61,473 nt of DNA, filler included, from Candidatus Babelota bacterium (GCA_017999075.1; 8 parts of 8 records of this genome joined end to end with filler, not necessarily neighbours in it), one strand, 5' to 3'; positions 30,434-40,991 are shown, counted from the whole stretch's first letter. The notes: generated by a model from the letters alone, not told the origin. Made by a program: numbers and translations.

Positions 30434-32101
30434 ATGTTTATTCTGCCGAGTACGCATATGTCACATTATAGATCAATTGTAATAATTTTATCAGCTCTTT
30501 ATTATTCATTTTCATTCAATTATTCGATGTCTTCTGACGATTATGTTTTTATAGTGAGGGGAATCTCTCTGGCAAATCCTGATTTCGCTTTAAATGACTG
30601 GTTTATAAATACATTCAGTTATCATTTCATATTTGATTATTTAGTATCTTTTTTTTATTCCATTTCTTCAAGTGAAAACTGGTTTTTCAGGGTGTTTTTT
30701 TCTTCTTTTGTTTTTCTTCATTTTGTTATGGCGTTGAGTTTTTACCAATTGTTTAAAAATAAAAAATATGGTTATTTTTTGTGGGTTATTTTTCTTTTGT
30801 TTTTTAGAGTACTTATAAATAAGTTCTTTTTTTCTTTTGGTTTTATGCTAAGTTATTCTCCTGAAAGGTATGCTTCGATACTTCTTCTTATATCATTTTC
30901 TTTAATAATAATGGAACATATTAATATAGGAATTTTTATTTTATCTTTAGCTGCGTTATTTCATCTGAACACATTTCTTTTGATTTCTATTCTGCTTTTT
31001 TTTATAATTTTATATTCTTGGATTTATAAAAAAATAAAGGTATATTTTATTTTAGGCATATTGTTTTTTTTAATATGTTCAATACCGAATATTTATATAA
31101 TATTGAAGGTTTTAGCTTTCCCCAAAGAATTAATTGAAAAATCCAATGAAATAATGCGGAATGTGAGATCTCCGTTTCATTATAGTGTAAGAGATATATT
31201 TAATAGAACATACATTATTAATTTTTATATTTTAAATAGTTTTCCTTTAATATTTCTAATTTACACATGGTGGAAAAATAAAAAATTGAAAATTTCAATA
31301 GATATATATCTGTATTTGGTTATATTCTTTTTAATAAACTTCTGGATAGTTTTGATGAATTTCTATCCTATTAATTTTGTCAGAAATCTTCATATAGGAA
31401 GACTGACGCCGTATGTATTATTTATAGGATTTTATATTTTTGTTAGCAATATACCAGAATTTTTATCTGAAATAAAAAAAACATTGGTTTTTATTTTTAT
31501 ATTTTTTTCAATCTTATGTCTTATTGTTTCAATTAAATTATATATTCCTTTAATAATTCTTACTGCAATTTTAAGTTTAAATTTTTTTTTAAAAAAAAGA
31601 CTGGCATTAAATATTACGGCATTAATTGTTTTAATTGTTTTTTTTAATTTTTCTAACAGATGGAAGACGAATTTGAACCGCTTTATACAACCATCTCTTT
31701 TTTATATGAGCGAACATTATCGTCCTGTTTATTCATGGATAAAAAACAATACACCGATAGGTTCTATTATATTAATTTCTAAAAAATTCCATGCTGTTCG
31801 TTTTTTTACTCAAAGAGCTATAGTCGTTAATTTTAAAAATTTTCCCGTAATGCCTGTTGATACAATAGAGTGGTATAATCGCATAAAAGATTTGGATTAT
31901 GATGATAAACTGAAAACAAATTCAAAAGCATCTTCAAATATCGGATATGAATCAAAAAATCTGAATGAATTATCTGTTACAGCTAAAAAATATGGAGCGT
32001 CATTTGTGATTATTGAAAAAAAATATTTGAAAGAAGAAGATGCAAATAAAATGTATTGCTATAAAGATGATGAATTTATTGTTTATAGAATTAACATATG
32101 A
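30434..32101 (+). CDS. Polytopic membrane protein in a surface-glycan locus (possibly GT-C-like)
   Basis: About 12 hydrophobic helices; DWFIN, RSPFHY; soluble C-terminal WIKNNTP..R..QRAIVVNFK..EWY.R. Confidence 0.6.
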   Translation: MFILPSTHMSHYRSIVIILSALYYSFSFNYSMSSDDYVFIVRGISLANPDFALNDWFINTFSYHFIFDYLVSFFYSISSSENWFFRVFFSSFVFLHFVMALSFYQLFKNKKYGYFLWVIFLLFFRVLINKFFFSFGFMLSYSPERYASILLLISFSLIIMEHINIGIFILSLAALFHLNTFLLISILLFFIILYSWIYKKIKVYFILGILFFLICSIPNIYIILKVLAFPKELIEKSNEIMRNVRSPFHYSVRDIFNRTYIINFYILNSFPLIFLIYTWWKNKKLKISIDIYLYLVIFFLINFWIVLMNFYPINFVRNLHIGRLTPYVLFIGFYIFVSNIPEFLSEIKKTLVFIFIFFSILCLIVSIKLYIPLIILTAILSLNFFLKKRLALNITALIVLIVFFNFSNRWKTNLNRFIQPSLFYMSEHYRPVYSWIKNNTPIGSIILISKKFHAVRFFTQRAIVVNFKNFPVMPVDTIEWYNRIKDLDYDDKLKTNSKASSNIGYESKNLNELSVTAKKYGASFVIIEKKYLKEEDANKMYCYKDDEFIVYRINI

Positions 32102-33531
32102 ATAACTTAAAAATATTGATACAGAATAATATAAAGACATCATTGAATATTGCAGAAATTAAATATGCATTCAGGGTATTGCTGACTATAGCTGGTGTAA
32201 AATGTGAATTTGTAAACAATATTGATGATTTGCCCGATATATATTACGGAATGGAACTTAATAATAATATAAGATTAAATATAAAAATGAGTTCTGTTTT
32301 TTATTTAACTGAAGAAAATTGTGAACCTGAAAAAATTATTTCAGAAAATAATAATTATTTTTTTATATTTAGTGGCTTTTCAGAAAAGGGTATAATAACC
32401 GGAAAAGATTCAGCAGTTATTATCGATAATGATATAATTTTTACAACTTACTACTTACTTTCTGGAACCCACGAAAAAAATATAAAACACAATAAAAAAG
32501 ATCAGCAGGTTCTTGAAACTGTTTTGTTGTATAAAAATAAATTATTGCATACTCCTTTAATTAATGGATACGCGCTTCTGATAAAATCATTTTTTGAAAA
32601 AACTCATCAATTTATTCCTCTTTGGCCGAACCATAAAAAATATGCAATAATTTTTTCTCACGATGTCGATTATCCTGTAATGATAAAATCAATTGAAATT
32701 TGCAGACACATTTTAAAAAATAAAAAAATTGATTTGTCAATAATTGCCGGTATTATTAGGGGAAAAAATAATTTTTGGCGTTTTAATGATTGGGTTAATT
32801 TTGAAAAACGATATAACATAAGATCTGCATTTTATTTTTCGGGGTTGAAAGGGACATTTTTAAAATATTTGTTTAAAGTTCCTGATACCTTTTATGACAT
32901 ATCTGAAAAAAAATTCAGAGATGTTATTAAGTATTTAGATGATAACGGATTTGAAATAGGATTATATGCAAGTTATTTAGCATATAAATCTAAGGATTTT
33001 TTTGATTTTGAAAAAAATAATTTGGAAAAAACGTTTGGAAAAAGAGTTGTAGGCAATAGACATCATTATTGGCATATGAATCCAAAAAAAATATGGGAAA
33101 CTTCTCAAATTCATGCTGAATCAGGATTATTATACGATACATCTGTTTGCCTGGCGAAACATCCTGGATTCAGATATTCAATTTGCTCTCCATTTCATTT
33201 TTTTAATCAAGATACAAAAACTGAAATTAATTGCCTTGAACTTCCTTCTGTTTTAATGGATGATCATTTATTTGGATATAGAAAATATCTTGAATATAAT
33301 AATTATGAGAAAGAAATAGATGTTCTTGTTGATGCTGTAAAAAAATATAATGGATTATTGGTTCTTGATTATCATGTTAGAGTTTTTAATTCTGATTTTT
33401 TTCCTGACTGGTTGAAATCGTATGAATATATAATTAAAAAAATAAATGAGGCATCAGATTATTATTGCGATACTCCTGAAAATATTGCTAAATATTGGCT
33501 TAATCGTGAGAAACAGATAAATGGAATATAA
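32098..33531 (+). CDS. Polysaccharide deacetylase-like protein
   Basis: FSHDVD, FEIGL, GNRHHYW, YDTS, LMDD motifs of NodB-like folds. Confidence 0.75.
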   Translation: MNNLKILIQNNIKTSLNIAEIKYAFRVLLTIAGVKCEFVNNIDDLPDIYYGMELNNNIRLNIKMSSVFYLTEENCEPEKIISENNNYFFIFSGFSEKGIITGKDSAVIIDNDIIFTTYYLLSGTHEKNIKHNKKDQQVLETVLLYKNKLLHTPLINGYALLIKSFFEKTHQFIPLWPNHKKYAIIFSHDVDYPVMIKSIEICRHILKNKKIDLSIIAGIIRGKNNFWRFNDWVNFEKRYNIRSAFYFSGLKGTFLKYLFKVPDTFYDISEKKFRDVIKYLDDNGFEIGLYASYLAYKSKDFFDFEKNNLEKTFGKRVVGNRHHYWHMNPKKIWETSQIHAESGLLYDTSVCLAKHPGFRYSICSPFHFFNQDTKTEINCLELPSVLMDDHLFGYRKYLEYNNYEKEIDVLVDAVKKYNGLLVLDYHVRVFNSDFFPDWLKSYEYIIKKINEASDYYCDTPENIAKYWLNREKQINGI

Positions 33532-33547
33532 TATAATATAAAATAAA

Positions 33548-34327
33548 ATGAAAATAGTAATAATGACCAATGAAGGTAGTATTTTTGGCAAAAAACTTAT
33601 AAACAAATTTATTGAAAAAAAAATATTAATAGATAAAATAGTAATTATTAAGCAATCGTTTAGTTATAATATTAAATTATTCAAACTGGTTTTAAATAAA
33701 ACAGGATTATTTCAAGCAGTTTTTTTTTCTTTAAGGAAAATATTTAAACAGTGTATGATTAAATATAAACTTAGAACCTGCAAGAATTTTATATTTGATT
33801 ATTGCAATATGAACGTTCCATTTATAACGACTTTTGCGACTAATAGTTTGCAGACTGAAAAATTATTGAAGAAAATTAAACCGGATATAATAATTCTGGG
33901 ACAAACAGGTATAGTAAAAAAAAATATTCTTGATATACCTGCTATCGGGACAATAAATGCTCATCCGGGCATATTACCTGAGTACAGGGGTATAGATTCA
34001 TATAAATGGGCGCTGTTTAATGATGATTATGATAAAATCGGCGCTACAGTTCATTGGGTTGATGAAAAGATTGATTCTGGAAATATAATATTTCAGGAAT
34101 TATATGAAATTAAAAAAAATGAATCATTAGACAGCTTAGAAAGTAATGTTAATGAATTAGCTGTTGAACTTATGGCTAAGGCAATAGCCGATATGATTAG
34201 CAGCGGAATTGTAAAAGGCCGTCAGCAAAAAAATGAATTATCCAGGCAATATTTTAAAATGCCTTTAAAACTTGAATATAAAACTGCGGCAAAATTAAAA
34301 AAATATTTTTTAAACAGGCAGGTTTAA
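33548..34327 (+). CDS. Formyltransferase-family protein (probably sugar N-formyltransferase)
   Basis: INAHPGILPEYRG, GATVHWVDEKIDSG. Confidence 0.85.
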   Translation: MKIVIMTNEGSIFGKKLINKFIEKKILIDKIVIIKQSFSYNIKLFKLVLNKTGLFQAVFFSLRKIFKQCMIKYKLRTCKNFIFDYCNMNVPFITTFATNSLQTEKLLKKIKPDIIILGQTGIVKKNILDIPAIGTINAHPGILPEYRGIDSYKWALFNDDYDKIGATVHWVDEKIDSGNIIFQELYEIKKNESLDSLESNVNELAVELMAKAIADMISSGIVKGRQQKNELSRQYFKMPLKLEYKTAAKLKKYFLNRQV

Positions 34328-34328
34328 T

Positions 34329-35309
34329 ATGCTGATATCAGTAATAGCTCCAATGTACAATGAAGAAGCTAATATTATCAGAACTTATAATGAGTTGGAG
34401 GCTGAATTATCCAGATTTTCTGAGATGGATTATGAAATATTGTTTATTGATGATGGAAGCACAGATAATTCATTGACAAAAGCTGAAAAATTGGCTGCTG
34501 AAAAAAAATGTTTGAAAGTTTATGGATATCCGAAAAATCAGGGAAGAGGCATGGCTCTAAGAACTGGATTTGAAAATGCTAAAGGAGATTTGATTATAAC
34601 AATTGATTTTGATTTGTCATATAGCGCTGATCATATCGGAAAAATGATAGATGTTCTTGTCAAAGAATCTGATATAGACGCTGTTTTTGTTTCGGCGTAT
34701 ATGCCTGGAGGAATGACTGTAGGAGTTCCTAAATTCAGATTATTTGTTTCTAAAATCGGAAATTTAGTTTACAGGAATGTTTTTTCAACTAAAATTTATA
34801 CTTCTACATGCGTTGTAAGAGGTTATAGAAGAGACGCAATAAAATATCTTTTACTAACTGAAAAGGATAAAGAAATTCATCTTGAAATTATTTCAAAATT
34901 ATTGGCTAACGGTTTTAACATCAAAGAGATTCCAGGAATATTAACTAAGCGTTCTGTTGGAAAATCAAAATTTAAATTCAGCAAAACTTCGATAAGCCAT
35001 CTTATATATTTTATTCATGAAAAACCTTTTATGTTATTCGGTTTAATAGGAGTGTTTTTTATCGTGTTAGGAATTATTTCTTCAGGAATAATTTTTTATA
35101 CAAGATTTGCAGGAGATTCTGTTTTTGAAGCAAGTTTTGTAGGCAGGATAGTTTCGCCAAATTTTGTAATATTGAATTATATTTTCGGGTTTCAGTTTAT
35201 AGCCATCGGATTTTTAGGTCTTCAGAACAGTATTCTTAAAAAAGAATTTTTCAGAGTACAAAAACAGATAGAATTTCATTTTTCTAAAAAATATGAAAAT
35301 AAGCAATAA
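34329..35309 (+). CDS. Glycosyltransferase family 2 (polyprenyl-phosphate type, two C-terminal TM helices)
   Basis: SVIAPMYNEE, IDDGSTD, NQGRG.A, DFDL. Confidence 0.9.
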   Translation: MLISVIAPMYNEEANIIRTYNELEAELSRFSEMDYEILFIDDGSTDNSLTKAEKLAAEKKCLKVYGYPKNQGRGMALRTGFENAKGDLIITIDFDLSYSADHIGKMIDVLVKESDIDAVFVSAYMPGGMTVGVPKFRLFVSKIGNLVYRNVFSTKIYTSTCVVRGYRRDAIKYLLLTEKDKEIHLEIISKLLANGFNIKEIPGILTKRSVGKSKFKFSKTSISHLIYFIHEKPFMLFGLIGVFFIVLGIISSGIIFYTRFAGDSVFEASFVGRIVSPNFVILNYIFGFQFIAIGFLGLQNSILKKEFFRVQKQIEFHFSKKYENKQ

Positions 35310-35535
35310 GAAAATATTAATACAATATACAATAAGTATTGCAATATTGTTTATAATTTTTATGAATTTTAATCTGAAAAAAATTGAAACTGCTAATTTT
35401 TATTTTAATGTGGAGTGGTTTTTTTATATAACTTTAACAATGATAATTACATTTGCATTAAGAGCATGGCGCTGGCAATATTTGATGAATAATGAAACGC
35501 AAATGGTTTCATTTATTAGTTCATTTAAAATATTC
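35293..35535 (+). CDS. Lysylphosphatidylglycerol synthase TM/flippase-like protein, truncated
   Basis: Hydrophobic helices with LRAWRWQYL; runs into the linker. Confidence 0.7.
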
Positions 35536-35635
35536 NNNNNNNNNNNNNNNNNNNNNNNNNNNNNNNNNNNNNNNNNNNNTTAATTAATTAANNNNNNNNN
35601 NNNNNNNNNNNNNNNNNNNNNNNNNNNNNNNNNNN
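35536..35635. other. Artificial contig linker
   Basis: N44-TTAATTAATTAA-N44. Confidence 0.98.
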
Positions 35636-35708
35636 GATAATTATATACTTCAATTGCGCAACCTATTACTTCATAAACCAATTCTTTATATATTAAATTT
35701 GTTTCCAT
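35636..35708 (-). CDS. N-terminus of a GxxExxY-family protein, truncated and not in the ORF track
   Basis: Manual translation METNLIYKELVYEVIGCAIEVYNY resembles the typical LIYK..Y.IIG...EV.N.LG N-terminus; the GxxExxY motif itself would fall in the gap. Confidence 0.65.
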
Positions 35709-35711
35709 TTT

Positions 35712-35784
35712 TTTATTCGCGATAATTCGCGGGAATTCGCGGGAGAAAAATTTCCCCGCTAATTTACGCGAATCTACGCTAATA
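35712..35784. repeat. CG-rich hairpin repeat, copy 1
   Basis: TTTATTCGCGATAATTCGCGGGAATTCGCGGGAGAAAAATTTCCCCGCTAATTTACGCGAATCTACGCTAATA. Confidence 0.9.
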
Positions 35785-35828
35785 ATAATATAGTTATAAA
35801 AATATATCTAATATGCATTTTCAATTTA

Positions 35829-35870
35829 TTTATTACTTTATTCTTTTATTACTTTATTCTTTTATTGCTT
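35829..35870. repeat. Short 16-bp tandem repeat
   Basis: TTTATTACTTTATTCT, about 2.5 copies, between the two hairpin repeats. Confidence 0.6.
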
Positions 35871-35877
35871 TTGTTTC

Positions 35878-35949
35878 TTTATTCGCGATAATTCGCGGGG
35901 ATTCGCGGGAGAAAAATTTCCCGCTAATTTACGCGAATCTACGCTAATA
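35878..35949. repeat. CG-rich hairpin repeat, copy 2
   Basis: Same as copy 1 except one substitution and a 1-nt deletion. Confidence 0.9.
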
Positions 35950-36019
35950 TCAATAAAATAATTATATTGTCCCAACCGTAAAAATCAATAAAAATATATT
36001 TTTCAATTTTCATTTTTCA

Positions 36020-36988
36020 TTACAAATCATTATATTCTTCTTTCATCACCCAATTTATCAAATTTTTATCTTTTCGAAGTTGAACCTGATGGAACAGCCA
36101 GCCATTAAAATACGATTTTTTCTGGATTTGCTGAAAAAAGTCATATTTTTGCAAACAAACATCTTTCAAAAACTTCAGGTAATTCCACAAAATTTTAACT
36201 GCTAATTTATTTGATACGCATCCTTTTTGACGTGTATAAAAATAAGAATCTGAAATTCCCTGCATAAAACATCTTTTCCGGATATATTCAAACGTCATTC
36301 TTGATTGAGGAACAAAATGATATACTGAAATTTTCGGGTTGAACATAATTTTATAATTCATTTTCTTAACTTCTTTTGAAACATACGTTTCTCCATCGCC
36401 CCTGTATTTCAATAATTCATCAGGCATACTGTCAGGATGGAACCCGCATATTTTCATTAAAACATTTTTTCTGATAATATAATTACATCCCCAGACATAC
36501 ACAGGATTAATTTCTTTTATTTGGTTTCCGAAATCCAGAATGCTGAAAATACTGACATATTTCCCGTATTCATTATAATTCCATATTTTATCAAACCATA
36601 CAGGCGGCGCAGTTTCAAAATCAGGAAAATTATTACCTCCTGCAAGAGCTGTCTCAGGGTTTTGAAAAGTTTCTGAAATACCTTCCAGCCATTTATCTCC
36701 AACCTTAACATCATCGTCTATATAGGCAATTATATTACCTTTTGATAATTTCATTCCAAGATTTCTTCCTATGTGCAATCCTTTTTTTTCTTCAAACACA
36801 TAACTGAAATTTTTAAATTTATTTTTAAACAGCATAGCTGTATCTTTAGTATTATCAGACGAACCATTATCAACAACGATTATTTCAAATTTATCTGGTT
36901 CAAAATTTTGAGAATATAATGAATCAAGAGCTAAAATCAATCTGTCAGCTCTGTTTCTTGTAGGAATAATAACTGATATAAAACTCAT
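36020..36988 (-). CDS. Glycosyltransferase family 2
   Basis: SVIIPTRNR, VDNGSSD, RNLG, YIDDD. Confidence 0.92.
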   Translation of the reverse strand: MSFISVIIPTRNRADRLILALDSLYSQNFEPDKFEIIVVDNGSSDNTKDTAMLFKNKFKNFSYVFEEKKGLHIGRNLGMKLSKGNIIAYIDDDVKVGDKWLEGISETFQNPETALAGGNNFPDFETAPPVWFDKIWNYNEYGKYVSIFSILDFGNQIKEINPVYVWGCNYIIRKNVLMKICGFHPDSMPDELLKYRGDGETYVSKEVKKMNYKIMFNPKISVYHFVPQSRMTFEYIRKRCFMQGISDSYFYTRQKGCVSNKLAVKILWNYLKFLKDVCLQKYDFFQQIQKKSYFNGWLFHQVQLRKDKNLINWVMKEEYNDL

Positions 36989-37092
36989 AATACCAAACCG
37001 CCGTCAAAATTACTAAAATATGTAGTTTGGTTTAATGCTAATCCGCTAATTTCGAAAATCATTTTCATAATTTTGAAAGCTGATTAGTATAA

Positions 37093-38076
37093 CTATTTAT
37101 TTTTTTCGCAATACAACATAAAAAAACAATAAATTCTCTGATTTTTATAATGTTTCATTATATCAATCATATTTTTAAAATATATTACATATCCTTTCAT
37201 ATTTTCAGGAAGTTTAAAAAAAATTCTTTCTTTAAAAATTTCAGGAGAATAATGACGTGAAAACGGAGCTTTATACTGGTCGTCACGCCATACTTTTTTA
37301 GCGCCGTCATCAATAATTATATTTTTAGAATCACAATAAGGGCTTGTTGAAATAAAAAACGTTTTATCAAGATAAAGCGGGATAATTCCGAACCTTCCAT
37401 TTTTTTTTAAAATTCTTGAAGATTCAGACAAAAAGTTAACATCAGCGTTTCCCATAAAACATTCATAAGCGCACTGCATTGAAATAACATCGCAGAATTC
37501 ATCAGGCAATTTCGTATTTGCAGCATCAGCGCCGATATTGATTCCATTTATTCCATCAGGATAGCTCAAATCCAATCTGTATGATTTTATATTTTTTTTA
37601 TTCAGTATATCAGCCCACGGACTTCCTGCTGCTGCAAAATCAATATAAACATTTTTTTCTGAAATATTCAAATATTTATAATTCAAATAATGTTCCAGGC
37701 ATTTTTCTATAAACACATCTCCGCCATTTTTATAAAACGGCTGTATTTCAGAGAATTCATTCATCCATTTTTCAAAATCTTCAATATCAATTTTTTCTTC
37801 TTTAACAGGAACATTTAATTCAACAAGTTGATTTTTGATATCTTCAAATATTCCTGCATTTTCATAAGGATTTTGATAATTGTTATGATATGACTGCCTG
37901 TTTTCAATAGGTCCTGTATGCAGATCAATTAATTGCGGAACAATTATACTCAATTTAGCTTCTACTTCTTTCTCAACAATTTTTTTTAAATCAAACCCTA
38001 ATGTTTTTTTTAATACTATATCAGCAATTTTTTTTATTCCAGATTTCATTTTAGAAGGTTTCATATTCAGAAACAA
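37093..38076 (-). CDS. Class I SAM-dependent methyltransferase-like protein
   Basis: YIDFAAAGS motif I-like, LPDEFCDVI, RILKKNG. Confidence 0.6.
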   Translation of the reverse strand: MFLNMKPSKMKSGIKKIADIVLKKTLGFDLKKIVEKEVEAKLSIIVPQLIDLHTGPIENRQSYHNNYQNPYENAGIFEDIKNQLVELNVPVKEEKIDIEDFEKWMNEFSEIQPFYKNGGDVFIEKCLEHYLNYKYLNISEKNVYIDFAAAGSPWADILNKKNIKSYRLDLSYPDGINGINIGADAANTKLPDEFCDVISMQCAYECFMGNADVNFLSESSRILKKNGRFGIIPLYLDKTFFISTSPYCDSKNIIIDDGAKKVWRDDQYKAPFSRHYSPEIFKERIFFKLPENMKGYVIYFKNMIDIMKHYKNQRIYCFFMLYCEKNK

Positions 38077-38135
38077 ATCCCCGCCATATTTTCACTAAAT
38101 TTCGTAAACTAATTATTTAAAAACGCAATACCGTT

Positions 38136-38720
38136 TCATAAAAACCATTTATCTTTCAATTCCGCAGGCTTATACGAATCAAGGTATTTAAAAGCATCAC
38201 TTATATTTTCCGCAACATAATACAACCCGCTGTAATCAGAATGCGTAAATTTTTTTTCATAAACATTTTCAAAAAATTCCAATAATTTACTGTAAAAATC
38301 AGAAGTATTAATTATTATTATAGGTTTATTATGAATTTTTAATTGTTTTAATGTTAATATTTCAACAAATTCTTCAAGAGTTCCGTAACCGCCCGGTAAA
38401 ACAAAAAAAACATCAGCTGCAGATTCCATTACCTGTTTACGTTCTCTTAAATCTTTGGTTACAATAAGTTCATCGCATTTTAAGTATGCTATTCCGGCTT
38501 TATGCAAATATTCAGGTATTACTCCTATAACCTTTCCGCAATTATTTTTAACTGATTCTGCAATAGCTCCCATCAAACCTATACTTGCGCCTCCATAGAC
38601 AAGCGTCTTTCCAGTTCCGGCAATTTTTTTACCAAGTTCTATTGCTGGTTTGTAATATATCTCATCAATCGCATTTGACGATGAACAATATACGCAAATA
38701 TTATTATATTCTGATGTCAT
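38136..38720 (-). CDS. LOG-family nucleotide 5'-monophosphate phosphoribohydrolase
   Basis: CVYCSSS, YGGASIGLMG, RERK, LPGGYGTLEE. Confidence 0.92.
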   Translation of the reverse strand: MTSEYNNICVYCSSSNAIDEIYYKPAIELGKKIAGTGKTLVYGGASIGLMGAIAESVKNNCGKVIGVIPEYLHKAGIAYLKCDELIVTKDLRERKQVMESAADVFFVLPGGYGTLEEFVEILTLKQLKIHNKPIIIINTSDFYSKLLEFFENVYEKKFTHSDYSGLYYVAENISDAFKYLDSYKPAELKDKWFL

Positions 38721-38810
38721 TTTTAATCTGATTTTTTTTATAATTTAAACGAATTACATAACTGAAAATTATTTTCAGATTTGAGTTTGAAAATTAAATC
38801 CAATATTATT

Positions 38811-39623
38811 TTATTTCCCAAGTTCATCAGCTTTATTTTTAGCTGATTTTACAGCTTCAATTACGGTTTCTTCAAATTTATGTTCTGAAAAACATTTTAT
38901 AGCTGCTTCAGTAGTTCCTCCGGGAGAAGTAACTTTACGCCGAAGCTGTTCAGCGGAATCATTCGATTCAATCATTAATTTTGAAGCTCCTTCAATTGTA
39001 GAATAAACTAAAGTTCTGGATGATTCATAATCAAATCCCAAAGATTGAGCAGCTTTTATAAAACATTCGGCAAAATAAAACAAATAAGCAGGACCGCTTC
39101 CGCTTACAGCAGTAATCAAATTCATTTGTTCTTCTACTTCCACAACTAAAACTTTTCCAAGAGACTCAAAAATATTTTTGATGATTGTTTTTTCAGCATC
39201 ATTTATAAATTCATTAAAATATATTCCTGACATTCCTTTGAATACAAGAGCAGGAGTATTCGGCATTATCCTTACTATTTTCAAATTATTTTTTCCATCA
39301 GCAAATTCCGAAATTTTATTCACTGATATTCCGGCAGCTATTGAAACAAGTATATGTTTTGATAAAATATATTCTTTTATTTCTTTAAATAATCCGCTGA
39401 AATTCTGAGGTTTGACAGATAAAATTATATATTCCGATTTTTCAAACAATTGTTTATAAGTTTCACACGCTTTAATTTTTTTTGATGCTGAAACAAATTT
39501 TTCAATTTTAGTTTTATCAATATCAATAACAGATATTTCTAAATCCTTTATTTTTCCTGATTTTAAAATACCATTCAATATGGCTTCAGCCATATTGCCG
39601 CATCCTATTATTCCTAATTTCAT
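38811..39623 (-). CDS. proC: Pyrroline-5-carboxylate reductase
   Basis: GIIGCGNM, VKPQ, SIAAG, RIMPNTP, SGSGPAY, VTSPGGTT. Confidence 0.96.
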   Translation of the reverse strand: MKLGIIGCGNMAEAILNGILKSGKIKDLEISVIDIDKTKIEKFVSASKKIKACETYKQLFEKSEYIILSVKPQNFSGLFKEIKEYILSKHILVSIAAGISVNKISEFADGKNNLKIVRIMPNTPALVFKGMSGIYFNEFINDAEKTIIKNIFESLGKVLVVEVEEQMNLITAVSGSGPAYLFYFAECFIKAAQSLGFDYESSRTLVYSTIEGASKLMIESNDSAEQLRRKVTSPGGTTEAAIKCFSEHKFEETVIEAVKSAKNKADELGK

Positions 39624-39650
39624 AATATTTTTTCCCTTGTTTTTATTTTT

Positions 39651-40310
39651 CTAATCTAAATGAACAAATTCAGTTATTCCTTCATATTGTTTTAAAAATT
39701 CAGTAAAAGAATTTAATTTATATTTTTTCAGTTCATCCATAATGTTCCGATTTATTATTACCGGATTTATATATTTCCCGTTTTTTAATGGTATTGCTAT
39801 ACTCTTGTTTGCAGCAGTTTCATATTTATTAATTAATTTTTCTATCATTTCAAACGAAACATATTCCTGATTAAAAAATGAGATTAAAAAAAAATCTGTG
39901 TTTGGCGAAGCTGCGTTTCCTGCAGCTTTTAATAACGGAACAGTTGAATTTTCATAATGATCAATCTCAATATATTTGAATTCCATATTCAAAGCTTTCA
40001 GATAAGTTTTCATAAAACCAGTTTCTGAAGTCACTATAACTATTGTCTGATCAATAGCATTATAATTGAATATCCTGGATACGTTATTGAAAAAATTCGC
40101 ATTATCTTCAGGATTTATATTTCTTGCGGCAATAAGTATTCTTGTCATCAATTTATATTTTTTTAAAAAATCAAAATTATATTTTTCACGCGAACTGATG
40201 GTTTTATATTCGTCAGTCATCATATCAAATTCCAGTAATTCTTCTTTGAACAAAGTTTCCCTGAACATTAAACCTTTATCAGTTAACAATTCAAGATATT
40301 TTGTTTTCAT
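39651..40310 (-). CDS. Degenerate MocA/MobA-like nucleotidyltransferase-fold protein
   Basis: C-terminal half (IEKLI..Y..IAIP..NGKYINPVII) resembles MocA; glycine-rich and Asp motifs are missing. Confidence 0.45.
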   Translation of the reverse strand: MKTKYLELLTDKGLMFRETLFKEELLEFDMMTDEYKTISSREKYNFDFLKKYKLMTRILIAARNINPEDNANFFNNVSRIFNYNAIDQTIVIVTSETGFMKTYLKALNMEFKYIEIDHYENSTVPLLKAAGNAASPNTDFFLISFFNQEYVSFEMIEKLINKYETAANKSIAIPLKNGKYINPVIINRNIMDELKKYKLNSFTEFLKQYEGITEFVHLD

Positions 40311-40370
40311 AGTTTACCGCTTCCAAAATAATATATTTTGAATTCATTTAAAATTAATGATATTGCGCAT

Positions 40371-40571
40371 CTAATTTTTATTTAAATATTCGGAATTGAA
40401 AACTTTTACAGTATTCAAAAGTTTTTCATATGTATTATAAGTCATAAAAACATATTCAGGTTTATCATTATCAATTATCACAAAAGGTTCATCATCTGTC
40501 AGTTCCTTGATAACAGAGTTAATATTTTTGTGAATTTTATCCATTGAAACTATATTTTCAATCATAGCCAA
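40371..40571 (-). CDS. Phd/YefM-like antitoxin
   Basis: 66 aa; IVSMDKIHKNINSVIKEL..EPFVII.NDKPEYVFMTY..YE pattern. Confidence 0.65.
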   Translation of the reverse strand: MAMIENIVSMDKIHKNINSVIKELTDDEPFVIIDNDKPEYVFMTYNTYEKLLNTVKVFNSEYLNKN

Positions 40572-40750
40572 TTTACCTAAAATAAAAATTTTATTTGCAA
40601 ACTTACAAATAATAATATATTATGTATTAAATTTTTTATAAAATCAAATAAAAAATATTATATATGGTAAATTTTTTCAAATTCAGATTTAACCAATTCA
40701 TGATAAAAATATACTGGAAATATTTCGGAAGCTGCCTGAATCCTGTATAT

Positions 40751-40850
40751 NNNNNNNNNNNNNNNNNNNNNNNNNNNNNNNNNNNNNNNNNNNNTTAATT
40801 AATTAANNNNNNNNNNNNNNNNNNNNNNNNNNNNNNNNNNNNNNNNNNNN
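40751..40850. other. Artificial contig linker
   Basis: N44-TTAATTAATTAA-N44. Confidence 0.98.
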
Positions 40851-40991
40851 ATTTCTATCTTTCTCATAGAAACTGTCCTTTGTTAATCGTTTAGTGTCTG
40901 GTCAAAAAAAATATTATTAATACAAAAAAAATATTAAAAATTCAGTTATATAAAATAAGCCTTAAAGCCTCCGAGATTGCTCGGCGTTTTC

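Noticed and set aside
35712-35949. Possible CRISPR array or integron attC sites
   Set aside because: Only two long copies with a low-complexity spacer, no cas or integrase gene, and no clear RYYYAAC/GTTRRRY ends; kept as hairpin repeats.
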